DNA of 20,000 nt from an uncultured virus (IMG/VR IMGVR_UViG_3300037234_000698) (taxonomy: Duplodnaviria; Heunggongvirae; Uroviricota; Caudoviricetes). The notes beneath the pieces are model-generated. The model was not told the origin of the DNA, made no database searches, and saw nothing but the letters and a program-made list of their open reading frames with translations. Below, piece after piece: positions 1-8,624 of the stretch (its first letter is position 1; each line of letters opens with the position of its first letter). The position numbers and the translations under genes were made by a program. The stretch lies in the IMG/VR virus record IMGVR_UViG_3300037234_000698, one strand, 5' to 3'.

Positions 1-201
1 CTCGAAGAGCACGGGCGCGACGTGCTGTACGTCGGCTACGACCACGCGGTGGCGCTCCACGCCTACGTCGAGTCGGAGGCCAAGGACCACCACGGCCAGC
101 CGGGCGACAGCTACACCCAAACCCGATGGGAGCGCGCAAGCGTCGAGGACGGGTGTCACCCCAACGACCTCGACTGGGCCATCGCTTCGGAGGAAAACTG
201 A
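1..201 (+). CDS. Partial hypothetical phage protein (5' truncated)
   Basis: Frame 1 is open from base 1 (LEEHGRDVLYVGYDH...WAIASEEN) to TGA at 199-201, with GC-rich third positions; abuts the next gene. Confidence 0.7.
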   Translation, partial: LEEHGRDVLYVGYDHAVALHAYVESEAKDHHGQPGDSYTQTRWERASVEDGCHPNDLDWAIASEEN

Positions 202-202
202 C

Positions 203-478
203 GTGGCGCACCTACCGAAACCGACCGTTCACGACTCGGCCACCTACTGGCAAGCGTACCACCTCGGAGGCGAGGGCCGCACGCGCGCTAAGGGCGGCTA
301 CATCTGCTACGCGCCCGGTTGCCCCGGCAACTCGGCCAACTACCACCCCGGGTGGGGAGGCACGGAGCGCGAGGCGCTGCTGGCGGCCTGCTACTGGAGC
401 AACCAGGCGGCGTGTGTCCGCGTGGTGCCCGTCGGCCGCGCTCCCCAGTGGGCCATCGAGCAAGCAGAGGAGGGCTGA
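203..478 (+). CDS. Hypothetical phage protein, 91 aa
   Basis: GTG start with GGAGG upstream; tight packing with both neighbours. Confidence 0.7.
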   Translation: MAHLPKPTVHDSATYWQAYHLGGEGRTRAKGGYICYAPGCPGNSANYHPGWGGTEREALLAACYWSNQAACVRVVPVGRAPQWAIEQAEEG

Positions 479-479
479 C

Positions 480-770
480 ATGAAGCTCGCAACCATCACC
501 GTCACCACCGCCGAGGTTGAGCTCCCCGAGAAGTGCCCCGAGTGCGGGGAGTGCCTGCTCCGGCACCACCGGCATGGCCCCTCGGTTCGAGTGTCGCTTC
601 TCTCCGACGTCGAGCGCGTGGGGGCCATCGACCAGAACGGCGGCGTGATCTACATCGACGCCGGCGACCCCGACACCGACGGCGGCATGACCGACGCGCC
701 CTACATGGTGCAGTGCCAGGCGTGCGGCCACGTCCTGGCCGGCGACATCCCCCAGGTGGACTGTGGCTAG
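480..770 (+). CDS. Zinc-ribbon hypothetical protein
   Basis: ATG 480 after GAGGAGGG; CPECG and CQACG pairs. This is the 3' part of track ORF 126..770. Confidence 0.7.
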   Translation: MKLATITVTTAEVELPEKCPECGECLLRHHRHGPSVRVSLLSDVERVGAIDQNGGVIYIDAGDPDTDGGMTDAPYMVQCQACGHVLAGDIPQVDCG

Positions 771-1080
771 CAGGTCGAAGCCGCAGCCGCGCATCGCGGT
801 CAAGGTCGGGCAGGTCTACCAAGCACCCCGCCCTGGCCTCCCTGCGCGGTACGTGAAGATCGCCCGCATCACGAAGGGCGACCAGCCGAAGGCGCGCTAC
901 TTCGAGGTCGCCCGCGGCTCGCACGTCCGCAAGGGGCCGCGCCGGATCGTCGGCAGCGTCCGGTGGGAGAACAACCGGCCGACCAAAACCTACGTGGCGA
1001 ACACCACGCCTCACTATCTGCAATGGGACTGCTCCATTGCCGCGTTCGTCATGGGCGCCGGCTTCGAGCTCGTGGACTGA
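763..1080 (+). CDS. Basic hypothetical phage protein, 105 aa
   Basis: Overlaps the upstream stop; coding-like codon usage; fills the gap in the operon. Confidence 0.65.
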   Translation: MASRSKPQPRIAVKVGQVYQAPRPGLPARYVKIARITKGDQPKARYFEVARGSHVRKGPRRIVGSVRWENNRPTKTYVANTTPHYLQWDCSIAAFVMGAGFELVD

Positions 1081-1090
1081 AAGGACTGAC

Positions 1091-1462
1091 ATGCCGGATT
1101 GTATCGAGTGCGGACAGGACTACTGGATCAAAAAAGCCGACATCGATAAACCCGCGGGCTCGTGCCCCGGCTGCCAGGTGAAGGCGATCAACGCCACGAC
1201 CACGCCGGTCTGGCCCTTCACCGCCGACGACGGAACGGTCTGGGGCCAGGTGCTCGCGGACTGCCCCCTCTGCGGGACCGTGGTGGAAGTGCAGGAGGGC
1301 TGGGTTGCGCCCGCACACCCGACACCCCAGGGAACGAAGGTCTGCGCCGGCACCGGCCGCGCGCCTCGCAGATACGAAAAGGTCCGCTTCGAGGTCGAGG
1401 CGCGCCACTACCACAAGACGCACGGCACCCCCAAGCGCAGCCACCACAAGAAAGGGCAGTGA
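1091..1462 (+). CDS. Cys-rich (multiple CxxC) hypothetical protein
   Basis: ATG 1091 after AAGGA; CIEC, CPGC, CPLC and H...C motifs. Confidence 0.7.
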   Translation: MPDCIECGQDYWIKKADIDKPAGSCPGCQVKAINATTTPVWPFTADDGTVWGQVLADCPLCGTVVEVQEGWVAPAHPTPQGTKVCAGTGRAPRRYEKVRFEVEARHYHKTHGTPKRSHHKKGQ

Positions 1463-1463
1463 C

Positions 1464-1940
1464 ATGAGCTGGGATGAAATCGAAGGAACGCTGGCCGAGG
1501 TCACCGCGCGGCTCACGAGGGCCGCCCTGGCGCACCACGTAATCGAGAACGCGCCGGTTGACCGTCGCCTGGTTGGCCACGACGACGACGCGGTAGCCGA
1601 GCACCGGATCTGGTGGGTCGCCGAGGTGGACGCCGGCGAGTGCGGCACCGACCGGCTGATCATGGTCGCCCAGCTGCGCGAGTTCGCGGGCGGCCCGTTC
1701 GCCTACAACCTCATGCAAGAGGGCATGGGGCCGTGGTGCATCGACTGCCCCCAGGAGCTGCTCGACCTGGCGCCTACCGCTCCAACCGGGAGCGGCTACG
1801 AGCACGCGGCCGAGTGGCGCGACCGGGTCAAATGCCACAACGAAGCCATGGCGCAAATGCGAGAGGCGGTCGAGAAGCGTCGCCTCGAGCGAAACCGGCG
1901 CGAGCGGGAACGCTGCGCAGCGAAAAGGAGAAACCGATGA
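1464..1940 (+). CDS. DUF6927-like phage/mobile-element protein
   Basis: Motif AYNLMQEGMGPWCIDCPQELLDL...AAEWRDRV resembles the family pattern YKxMxExMGPxxxDCP..L....A.EWR (recalled, not searched). Confidence 0.65.
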   Translation: MSWDEIEGTLAEVTARLTRAALAHHVIENAPVDRRLVGHDDDAVAEHRIWWVAEVDAGECGTDRLIMVAQLREFAGGPFAYNLMQEGMGPWCIDCPQELLDLAPTAPTGSGYEHAAEWRDRVKCHNEAMAQMREAVEKRRLERNRRERERCAAKRRNR

Positions 1941-2794
1941 CCGAGACGCGACCCTACGGAGAGCTCAAGCTCACCAGCGAAGACTTCCAGAACCCCCGCA
2001 TCCTCAACCGCAGCGGTCTATCCAAGAAAGACTTGCGCGAGCTCGCGTTGGATATTGCCCGCCGCGGGCTGCTCTATCCGCTTCTCGTCGATGCCGACGG
2101 CCTGATCATCGGCGGCCAGCGCCGCTACCTGGCCATCGGCCTGATCCTGACCGAGGAAGGGTGCCTTCTCGGCCACGTCGATGAGCACGACGCCTACGCC
2201 CTGGCCGCCCGCTGCCGCGAATTCCAGCGCGACGGGATCCCGGTGCGCCGCATCGAGGGCGACCTCGACGCCGCCGCCACCGCCCTGGCCGATAACCTCC
2301 ACCGGGCCGACCTGTCGAGCTTCGAGGTCGCCGAGCGCCTGGCCGCGTTCAACAGCGACGAGGGCGGCCCGACCGGGGCCGAGCTCGCCCGGCGAATCGG
2401 CAAATCGAAGACCTACGTCAGCCGGATGCTGAAGGCCTGGCGCGGCGCCTCCCCGGCGCTGAAACGCGCCTGGAGCGCCGGTACCATCGCCTACGACACG
2501 GTCAAACAGATCGCCGAGCTGCCGACGGCCGAGCAGCCAGCGGCCGTAGCGAGGGCCGAGAGGGCGCTGGAGCGGGCCAAGCCCGGCCCGAAGGGATCGC
2601 ACGGCCGCCCAGGGGTCGCCGCGCTCAAGGCCGCGCACGAGCGGCTCGTGGACCTTTGCGACCGCGACGACGATCACGGGCTGCCCGAGGACTACCTCGT
2701 GGGCGTCCGCGACGCCCTGGACTTCGCCACCGGGGGCAAACCCCACGCCGATCTGGCGGTCCTGATAGGCCAGGCCGCCCCGTCACCAGAATAG
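1937..2794 (+). CDS. parB: ParB/RepB/Spo0J-family protein
   Basis: ATGA overlap with AAGGAG RBS. NPR; LALDIARRGLLYPLLV; Arg patch GGQRRYLA; ADNLHRADLSSFEVA; HTH TGAELARRIGKSKTYVSRML. Confidence 0.9.
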   Translation: MTETRPYGELKLTSEDFQNPRILNRSGLSKKDLRELALDIARRGLLYPLLVDADGLIIGGQRRYLAIGLILTEEGCLLGHVDEHDAYALAARCREFQRDGIPVRRIEGDLDAAATALADNLHRADLSSFEVAERLAAFNSDEGGPTGAELARRIGKSKTYVSRMLKAWRGASPALKRAWSAGTIAYDTVKQIAELPTAEQPAAVARAERALERAKPGPKGSHGRPGVAALKAAHERLVDLCDRDDDHGLPEDYLVGVRDALDFATGGKPHADLAVLIGQAAPSPE

Positions 2795-2800
2795 AGGGAG

Positions 2801-2820
2801 AAAGGTCGACGAAGGTCGAC
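2801..2820. repeat. Tandem AAGGTCGAC x2, forming a 16-bp GTCGAC-N4-GTCGAC dyad just after parB
   Basis: aaaggtcgac gaaggtcgac read directly from the sequence. Confidence 0.55.
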
Positions 2821-2862
2821 AGTCTAGGGCACCCCGCCCCGTCTACTAACCAGAGGGACAAC

Positions 2863-3171
2863 ATGAAAGACAACGACATGAAAGACAAGAACACCAAAAC
2901 CCACCGAATTTGCTGGCGGAACAAGTGGCTGACCAGCGAGGCCACGACGATCACGGAGATGGTCGAACACCTACGGAACGCGGCCACGTCGCTCGAGGCC
3001 ATGGCCGAGGAGGGGGTCACTCTCGAATACGACCCCGACAGCATGGCCGACGACTACGCCGAGCTCGTGACCACGGACCCGGAAGTGGCCAATACGTTCA
3101 GCATGGTGCCGGACCACGACTGCGACCGCCGGCTGTCAGACGACGGCGAGTTCCTCGACGACGGCGAGTAG
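2863..3171 (+). CDS. Acidic hypothetical protein, 102 aa
   Basis: ATG 2863 after GAGGGA; 3' part of track ORF 2656..3171. Confidence 0.75.
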   Translation: MKDNDMKDKNTKTHRICWRNKWLTSEATTITEMVEHLRNAATSLEAMAEEGVTLEYDPDSMADDYAELVTTDPEVANTFSMVPDHDCDRRLSDDGEFLDDGE

Positions 3172-3172
3172 G

Positions 3173-3195
3173 GCTATACTCGGGGCGCTCTCTGG
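3173..3195 (+). promoter_or_regulatory. Repeat copy 1, GCTATACTCGGGGC-GCTCTCTGG (TATACT -10-like)
   Basis: 14 bp identical to 3586-3599; lies between a TAG stop and the RBS/ATG at 3210. Confidence 0.65.
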
Positions 3196-3209
3196 CTGAA
3201 GGAGATCCC

Positions 3210-3584
3210 ATGCCCGTCACCGCGACGCTCGTCCGCGCAACCGACTACCGCCTTTTCTACGCAATCGACTACAACAACCAACCGGCGGGCAACCCGCTCA
3301 TCATCGCCAGCGCGACGTTGCAGGCCGACGCGGCCGGGAAGCCGCACCTCCTCAAAGTGTTTCAGACAGCGGTGGCCAACAACACTGAGGCCATCTTTCT
3401 TCTGCTGGGCGGCGTGGGCTGTGTCTCGCGACTCACCCCCGGAGAATCGGTCGCCTGGTCCCTGGACGCGCAACGGGGTGAGCTGAGTGGCCTCGCCGAG
3501 CTGCTCATCGAGTCTGGGCTAGGAGGAAACAACAACGGCATCTTAGAGCTCCAGGTCACTTCTGCCCCAATGTTCCGGGCGTAG
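3210..3584 (+). CDS. Hypothetical protein, 124 aa, possibly virion-associated
   Basis: ATG 3210 after AAGGAG; rich in Ala/Gly/Asn/Leu; flanked by direct repeats. Confidence 0.7.
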   Translation: MPVTATLVRATDYRLFYAIDYNNQPAGNPLIIASATLQADAAGKPHLLKVFQTAVANNTEAIFLLLGGVGCVSRLTPGESVAWSLDAQRGELSGLAELLIESGLGGNNNGILELQVTSAPMFRA

Positions 3585-3585
3585 C

Positions 3586-3609
3586 GCTATACTCGGGGCT
3601 GCTCTCCGG
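3586..3609 (+). promoter_or_regulatory. Repeat copy 2, GCTATACTCGGGGC-TGCTCTCCGG, upstream of the lysis cassette
   Basis: Same context as copy 1: TAG stop, repeat, purine-rich RBS, ATG 3626. Confidence 0.65.
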
Positions 3610-3625
3610 GAAGGGAACAGCCATC

Positions 3626-3895
3626 ATGTTGAAGGCATTGAGAGACGGCCTGGTCGGTCTGGCCGGGAGCAAGAAGTTTCTGGCGGCATTCCTGGCCGCG
3701 GTCTGCTGGGGAGTTGGCAAGCTCGGCCTGGAGCTCGACGCCGAGGAGGTCTACCCAATGGTCGTCCCAATGTGGGTTTTCATCCTCGCCCAGATGGGTG
3801 CCGACTGGAAGAAGGCGGCGGCCCTGATCGCGGCCAGCTCCAACGGCAACGGCGAGCTCGAAGCGCCGAAGCCCGAGGAACCCACGCCGGAGTGA
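3626..3895 (+). CDS. Putative holin
   Basis: 89 aa with two hydrophobic segments, an SKKFLAA (SRKF-type) motif and a charged C-tail; upstream of the spanins. Confidence 0.7.
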   Translation: MLKALRDGLVGLAGSKKFLAAFLAAVCWGVGKLGLELDAEEVYPMVVPMWVFILAQMGADWKKAAALIAASSNGNGELEAPKPEEPTPE

Positions 3896-4110
3896 ACGCC
3901 TGGCACGGAGCGCAGGGCGTCGCCAAGGCGCTCTTCGGGTTCGATCCGGCGCCGACCCGCACCGTCATGGCGCGGCGGCGCGCCTGCCTGGCCTGCCCCG
4001 CGCTCCGGAAGCCCAGTATCGCCGTGCCGGCGCGCTGCGCCGAGTGCGGTTGTATCGTACGACTCAAATCCGTGGTGCTCGGCGAGGAGTGCCCGAGGGG
4101 GATGTGGTGA
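3892..4110 (+). CDS. DUF6171-like small Cys-rich protein
   Basis: GTGA overlap; R..CxxC...CxxCGC....K......CP..W pattern. Confidence 0.7.
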   Translation: MNAWHGAQGVAKALFGFDPAPTRTVMARRRACLACPALRKPSIAVPARCAECGCIVRLKSVVLGEECPRGMW

Positions 4111-4520
4111 GCGCAGTCGTCGTTGCTGTCGGTGGGTTCGGCGTGATCGCCCTGCAGATCGCGTTCTCCTGGTGGCTGGTCAAGTGGGGGCGAAAGGACG
4201 AGGGCGAGCTCCGAGTGCAGCAGTCGCGCATTGACGAGCTCGACCGCGCCGTGGAAGATCGCGACATCGCCCTGGCGGGCGCGAAAAGTGCCCTGGCCCG
4301 AGAGCGGGCTGCACTCTCAGCAGCGGAGGAGCAACGTGCAAGCGCGATCAAGCTGGTCGAAACCCTGGCGGCCGATAATCCTGGCGCTGTCGCTGATGCT
4401 ATTCGCGAGCAGCTCGCTCGGCTGCAGGCTCTTTCGCGGGTGCCCAAAGTGCCCGCCGGCCCCGCCGGCGACGGTGATCGAGAAGCCGATCCCGTGCATG
4501 GCGGCTCTACCCCCGATTGA
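4107..4520 (+). CDS. i-spanin (Rz-like)
   Basis: N-terminal TM helix (VVVAVGGFGVIALQIAFSWWLV) followed by an Ala/Glu/Arg coiled coil; its 3' end is overlapped by a lipoprotein gene in another frame. Confidence 0.75.
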   Translation: MSAVVVAVGGFGVIALQIAFSWWLVKWGRKDEGELRVQQSRIDELDRAVEDRDIALAGAKSALARERAALSAAEEQRASAIKLVETLAADNPGAVADAIREQLARLQALSRVPKVPAGPAGDGDREADPVHGGSTPD

Positions 4521-4668
4521 CTTCGCGCCCGAGGACTGGCCCGACCCCCAGGCCGACGGCTCGACCTCGCTGACCCCCGAGCTCGCCGCGCGCTTCCTGG
4601 CGCTGCTCATCACTCTCACCGACTACCTGGAACAGCAGTATGCCCGGTGCGCGGAAACCGCGCCCTAG
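4336..4668 (+). CDS. o-spanin (Rz1-like lipoprotein)
   Basis: GTG 4336 after GGAGGA; signal peptide IILALSLMLFASSSLG|C with lipobox; Pro-rich mature part with Cys residues; overlaps the i-spanin gene. Confidence 0.75.
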   Translation: MQARSSWSKPWRPIILALSLMLFASSSLGCRLFRGCPKCPPAPPATVIEKPIPCMAALPPIDFAPEDWPDPQADGSTSLTPELAARFLALLITLTDYLEQQYARCAETAP

Positions 4669-5233
4669 GCGCTGCGCGTACGCGGAGGGCAGCAAGAGGT
4701 GTCGCCGGGTCGGCTTCGGCAACCCGCCTCTCTGCCGCCACCACGCGCTGGTCATCGAGCTTGAGCTCGAACAGAACGATCCCCTGTCGGACGTGATGGA
4801 GAATTTCGACCGCTGGCTGTCCGGCCAGCGTGGAGATCCCTTCCTCGACGGCATCATTGGAATCCTGGGCAGCGTCATCGGGCCGCGGATCAACTACTCC
4901 CAGCAGCAGGCCGCCTGGCACCAGGCCCGGATGGCGGGCTCTAGCTCCCAACGGCCAGGCCGGCGGCGGGTTCCCCCTCCCCCGCCACCGCCGCCACCGC
5001 CGCCCCCCACCTGGGAACCGCCCCCGTGGGAGCCTCCCCAGGCACCCGACCAGGCCGTGAAGGCCAAGCAAGTGCTCAACTTCGAGGCCGGCGAGGCCCT
5101 GACGGCCGCCGCGGTGAACAAGCGACGGCGCGAGCTCGCGCGGATCTACCACCCCGACCGGCCCAACGGCTCGAAAGAGGCCATGCAACGGATCAACGAG
5201 GCGGCCGACGACCTGCTCGCCAACCTGGCGTAG
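4640..5233 (+). CDS. C-terminal J-domain (DnaJ-like) protein with an N-terminal C-C-C-H finger and a polyproline linker
   Basis: VNKRRRELARIYHPDR..GSKEAMQRINEAADDL with intact HPD; 12 consecutive Pro codons at 4973-5008. Confidence 0.85.
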   Translation: MPGARKPRPRRCAYAEGSKRCRRVGFGNPPLCRHHALVIELELEQNDPLSDVMENFDRWLSGQRGDPFLDGIIGILGSVIGPRINYSQQQAAWHQARMAGSSSQRPGRRRVPPPPPPPPPPPPTWEPPPWEPPQAPDQAVKAKQVLNFEAGEALTAAAVNKRRRELARIYHPDRPNGSKEAMQRINEAADDLLANLA

Positions 5234-5282
5234 GTTCTGCTATTCTGCTCGACGTCGGCTCTCCGGGGAAACGCGCCGCCAA

Positions 5283-5894
5283 GTGGTACTCACCACGCAG
5301 TTCGATCCACTGTTCCGCGAATACGGAGGCCGTGTGCCGGTCGCATTCCTGCGCGCCCTGGGCAAGCGGGAGTCGAACCTCAACCCGGCCGAGGCCAAGG
5401 ATCCCGCGTGGGGCCTGCTCCAGGTGATCCCCTCCGTCCGCACCAGCCACAACAAGCGCCGCGGGACGAGCTACAGCCAGGGCGACCTGCTCGACCCGGA
5501 GATCAACGTCAGGATCGTCACCGACCTGCTCAACCGGATCGTGACCGCCTACGGCAAGCACCCCAGCGCCAACATGCAAGAGGACTGGACGAACCCCGAG
5601 TTCGTCAACCTCATTACCGCCGGCTGGAACAGCGGCTACTCCGAGGCCGCCGGCGTTGGCCATGTCGCCAGCTGGCTCGAGGCGCACGGCATCCCCGTGA
5701 CGCACGACGCGGTGTTCGAGTACGCCGGCCCGGCGGCCGGCACGCGCCACCTACAGAACGACAAGAAGCGGAGCTGGCAGAAGACCGTGACCGAGCTCTA
5801 CTTCGCCCAGCCGGACGCGGGGAAAGCTGCCGGTGGATTGCTGGCGCTGGCCGTCGTAGGATTCTTTGCGTGGGCCGCCTACCGGCTCCTCTAG
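5283..5894 (+). CDS. Lytic transglycosylase (SLT-like) with C-terminal membrane anchor
   Basis: ALGKRESNLNP (catalytic E-S), AWGLLQV, LLDPEINVR and AGWNSG motifs; C-terminal GGLLALAVVGFFAWAAYRLL. Confidence 0.85.
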   Translation: MVLTTQFDPLFREYGGRVPVAFLRALGKRESNLNPAEAKDPAWGLLQVIPSVRTSHNKRRGTSYSQGDLLDPEINVRIVTDLLNRIVTAYGKHPSANMQEDWTNPEFVNLITAGWNSGYSEAAGVGHVASWLEAHGIPVTHDAVFEYAGPAAGTRHLQNDKKRSWQKTVTELYFAQPDAGKAAGGLLALAVVGFFAWAAYRLL

Positions 5895-5902
5895 GAGAAC
5901 AC

Positions 5903-6454
5903 ATGAGCATCGACACAGCCCGCATCGCCAGGATCCCGAAGGAGGTCGCCCGCGCGCTCCCGAGCTCGAAGCAAGGCGAGACGCCTGGCGCGCTCCAGAA
6001 CGCGAGGACCGATCTCTATACCTACTTCACGCAGATCGGCGACTCGCGCCTGCTCTACTCGGCCGACCGCTGGGTGACCGTCCGGCTCACGCTCGAAACC
6101 GCCGGCCCGGTTGACATCGGCACCGCCGCGAACATCACCCCCGTACTGTCGGGCAAGGGGCGAAGCCTGATTACCGGCGTCGAGTTCGAGACGCGGCTGG
6201 CCAAGGGCTCGCGCCTCTACATCACCGCCCAGTCGATCAACCGCGTCCTGGTGACCATCGAGCCGATCCCCTGGATGGAGCAGATCAGCAACGAGATCAT
6301 CCTGGTCGGCCAGGGCATCATCGCCGCCATCGGCCGACTCAGCCGGTCGAAGGCCGGCGCGGCCACGTCGAGCTCCGGCAAGACGGCCGACGACATCCCC
6401 TGCCCGCCGCCGCAGCGCAAGTTCCTCCCGAAGCTACGTCGGGGTAGGAGGTAG
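5903..6454 (+). CDS. Putative virion structural protein (beta-rich core, possibly single jelly-roll/penton-like)
   Basis: ATG 5903 after AGGAG; alternating beta pattern (VTVRLTLE..GPVDIG...GRSL..G...RLYITA...VLVTIE) and basic C-tail. The fold is inferred. Confidence 0.6.
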   Translation: MSIDTARIARIPKEVARALPSSKQGETPGALQNARTDLYTYFTQIGDSRLLYSADRWVTVRLTLETAGPVDIGTAANITPVLSGKGRSLITGVEFETRLAKGSRLYITAQSINRVLVTIEPIPWMEQISNEIILVGQGIIAAIGRLSRSKAGAATSSSGKTADDIPCPPPQRKFLPKLRRGRR

Positions 6455-6456
6455 AC

Positions 6457-7320
6457 ATGCCCGGATTGCAGCGAGACACCGCATCGAACCGCGTGCAGCG
6501 CAGCCAGGACTACTGGCGGCTGTTCCAAGAGATCCAGAGCTCCGGTGACATCTGGGAGATCGACGAGTCACTCAAGGGCGTGGCCATCGGCCCCGACTCC
6601 GACGTTTCCGAGGTGATCCTTTCCTACTACGATCCCGCCCAGCCGCAGAGCGTCGAGCAGCTCTCGGTCGCCGTTGGCAATCCGTTCGAGGGGCGCATCG
6701 ACGCGCTGATGGGCACCGAGTACCCACAGACCAAGTCGCCGGCGCGGATCCTCATCAGCCTGGGCGACCTGATCGACAACGCCTACGTCCCCCACAACTT
6801 CAACAGCGGCCAAGAGGTCACCAACGACACGATCACCCGGGCTCCGGCGTTTGTCGATTTGCTCGGCTACTTTGACAAGAAGGCCGAGCAGGCGCGGGTC
6901 CGCTCGGATCGCAAGATCCTCTTCTCGCGCTTCAAGGGCGTTCCCGTCGGCGGTCAGCGGTCCTACTACATCGTGCCGTCCTACGGGCGTCGCTACTGTC
7001 GGGCGCTCTTCGTCAACAACGTCTCGGCGTCGCCGGTTTACACGGTGTCCCTGCGGCTACTCGGCGTGCGCCTCGGCCACGGCCTGAACAGCAGCGGCGG
7101 TAACTCGTCGGGCGAGATCGTCATCGGAAGCCACGGGCCGATTGCCGGCGTCGGAGCTGCGCCGGCGGTCAACGGCGACTCGGGGCAGATCATCTTCCGC
7201 AGCAGCCTGCACGGGCTCTTCGACCTCTTGATCCTCGAATGCACCCCCAGCCATCAGATCGCGATCAACGGCACCGACGCCAACATCCGCTTCGATCTGT
7301 CAGACACCGAGGAGGGGTAA
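6457..7320 (+). CDS. Hypothetical protein, 287 aa, probably structural
   Basis: AGGAGG RBS; beta-rich and Gly/Ser/Asn-rich; within the late block. Confidence 0.7.
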   Translation: MPGLQRDTASNRVQRSQDYWRLFQEIQSSGDIWEIDESLKGVAIGPDSDVSEVILSYYDPAQPQSVEQLSVAVGNPFEGRIDALMGTEYPQTKSPARILISLGDLIDNAYVPHNFNSGQEVTNDTITRAPAFVDLLGYFDKKAEQARVRSDRKILFSRFKGVPVGGQRSYYIVPSYGRRYCRALFVNNVSASPVYTVSLRLLGVRLGHGLNSSGGNSSGEIVIGSHGPIAGVGAAPAVNGDSGQIIFRSSLHGLFDLLILECTPSHQIAINGTDANIRFDLSDTEEG

Positions 7321-7677
7321 ATGCCCGCCGCAAACATCGATGAAGCAATCGCCGACGTTGTGACCAACGTGATCATCAAGGCGCCCGTCATGGCGACGGC
7401 CCTCTCGCTGTGGCTGGTGATCTTCGGCCCGACGATCAGCAACCCCTTCGACGAGAACAAGCCCGGCCAGCGCACCGTTAGGGACTGGCAGGTACCAACG
7501 CGCCGTGCGTTCGGCGAGATCCCCGACACCGGCGTGTCGCCGGACTGGCTGACCGAGGAGATCATCTCGATTGTCAACGCCACGCTCGAGGCGGTGAGGG
7601 CTGCCAATGCCGCCGGGCGGATCAGCCAAGCCCAAGAGGACGACACCGTCGCCCAGTACAATATCGCCTGGCCGTAG
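7321..7677 (+). CDS. Hypothetical protein, 118 aa
   Basis: Starts immediately after the upstream TAA, with GAGGAGG RBS; one hydrophobic stretch. Confidence 0.7.
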   Translation: MPAANIDEAIADVVTNVIIKAPVMATALSLWLVIFGPTISNPFDENKPGQRTVRDWQVPTRRAFGEIPDTGVSPDWLTEEIISIVNATLEAVRAANAAGRISQAQEDDTVAQYNIAWP

Positions 7678-7688
7678 GAGGCACTCCC

Positions 7689-8615
7689 ATGATCTCAGTC
7701 ATCACGATCTCCTGTCGCGAAAAGGGCCGTCTCTCCGAGATGGCCAAGACCCTCGTGGCGAACGCTCGCGCGTCCAAGGTCAAGCTCGAATGGATCGTCG
7801 TAGACGAGCAGTTCGCGAAGCCGCACCGGCGCGACTTCACCAAGCTGGTGGGCAAAGCGATCAAGCTCAGGCACATCAAGTTGCCGCTCTCCGATCTCCG
7901 CAAGGCGGGGCTTCCCGATCACAACCGAGCTCGGAACATCGGCCTGGCCGAGGCCAAGGGCAACTACGTCGTGTTCCTCGACGACTGCTATCTGGTCGCG
8001 GACGGCTGGGCCAAGGCCGTGGCTGACGTCGCGAAGGCCGGCAAGGGCTTCCGCCCCAAGATGCACAGCGTCAACAACTTGGTGCTGCCGCCCGATGCCC
8101 TGATCAAGGGGCTGGCGCACTGGGACAAGTTCACCCCGGTAAAGGCAAACACCGTCGCCGGCCCGTGCTGGGGCGCGCCGAAGGCGGCCTTCGACAAGAT
8201 CGTCGGCTTCGATGAGGCCTACTGCGGCCAGGACAAGTACCACGACCTCGACGCCTGCATTCGCCTGGGGCGCGCCGGCGTCAAATTCGTGACCACCGAG
8301 CGCGCGTTCGTCGTCTGCCTTCGGTCAACGAAGGACCACGACGACGTCACCGCCAACAAGGAGGCGCAAGGTGGACACCGAAACCAGAAGCTGTACAACG
8401 ACCTCGTCCTCGACCGCTCTCGCATTGTCCCGGTCAAGCCTGCTGCGCCGGTGGTTGTGGAGCCTCCTACACCTACTCCGGCGCCGCCCCCGGCCGCACC
8501 CCCGGCCGCGAAGCCTGCGGCTCCGAAGGCGCCAGCTCCACCGGCAGTGCCTGGCCCGTCAAATCGTGGAAACCACACGGGCAAACGGCCACCCGCACCA
8601 AAGCCTGTGAAGTAG
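7689..8615 (+). CDS. Glycosyltransferase family 2 (GT-A) with Pro/Ala-rich C-tail
   Basis: ISVIT...EWIVVDE...ARNIGLAEAKGNYVVFLDD; FDKIVGFDEAY...HDLDACIRL. Confidence 0.85.
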   Translation: MISVITISCREKGRLSEMAKTLVANARASKVKLEWIVVDEQFAKPHRRDFTKLVGKAIKLRHIKLPLSDLRKAGLPDHNRARNIGLAEAKGNYVVFLDDCYLVADGWAKAVADVAKAGKGFRPKMHSVNNLVLPPDALIKGLAHWDKFTPVKANTVAGPCWGAPKAAFDKIVGFDEAYCGQDKYHDLDACIRLGRAGVKFVTTERAFVVCLRSTKDHDDVTANKEAQGGHRNQKLYNDLVLDRSRIVPVKPAAPVVVEPPTPTPAPPPAAPPAAKPAAPKAPAPPAVPGPSNRGNHTGKRPPAPKPVK

Positions 8616-8624
8616 GCGGCGGCC

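Noticed and set aside
1613..1936. Long N-terminal extensions in track ORFs (1613, 126, 2910, 5408, 14707, 13092)
   Set aside because: They overlap real upstream genes or promoter regions; internal starts with an RBS or stop/start coupling fit better.
3173..3609. Direct repeats as a CRISPR array or integron attC sites
   Set aside because: Only two 14-bp copies 413 bp apart with a gene between them; no spacer periodicity, no cas genes and no RYYYAAC/GTTRRRY dyad.
4973..5008. C-rich tract as a phase-variable or G-quadruplex element
   Set aside because: Explained by 12 Pro codons with mixed third positions in a linker; the same applies to the Pro/Ala tail near 8440-8610.
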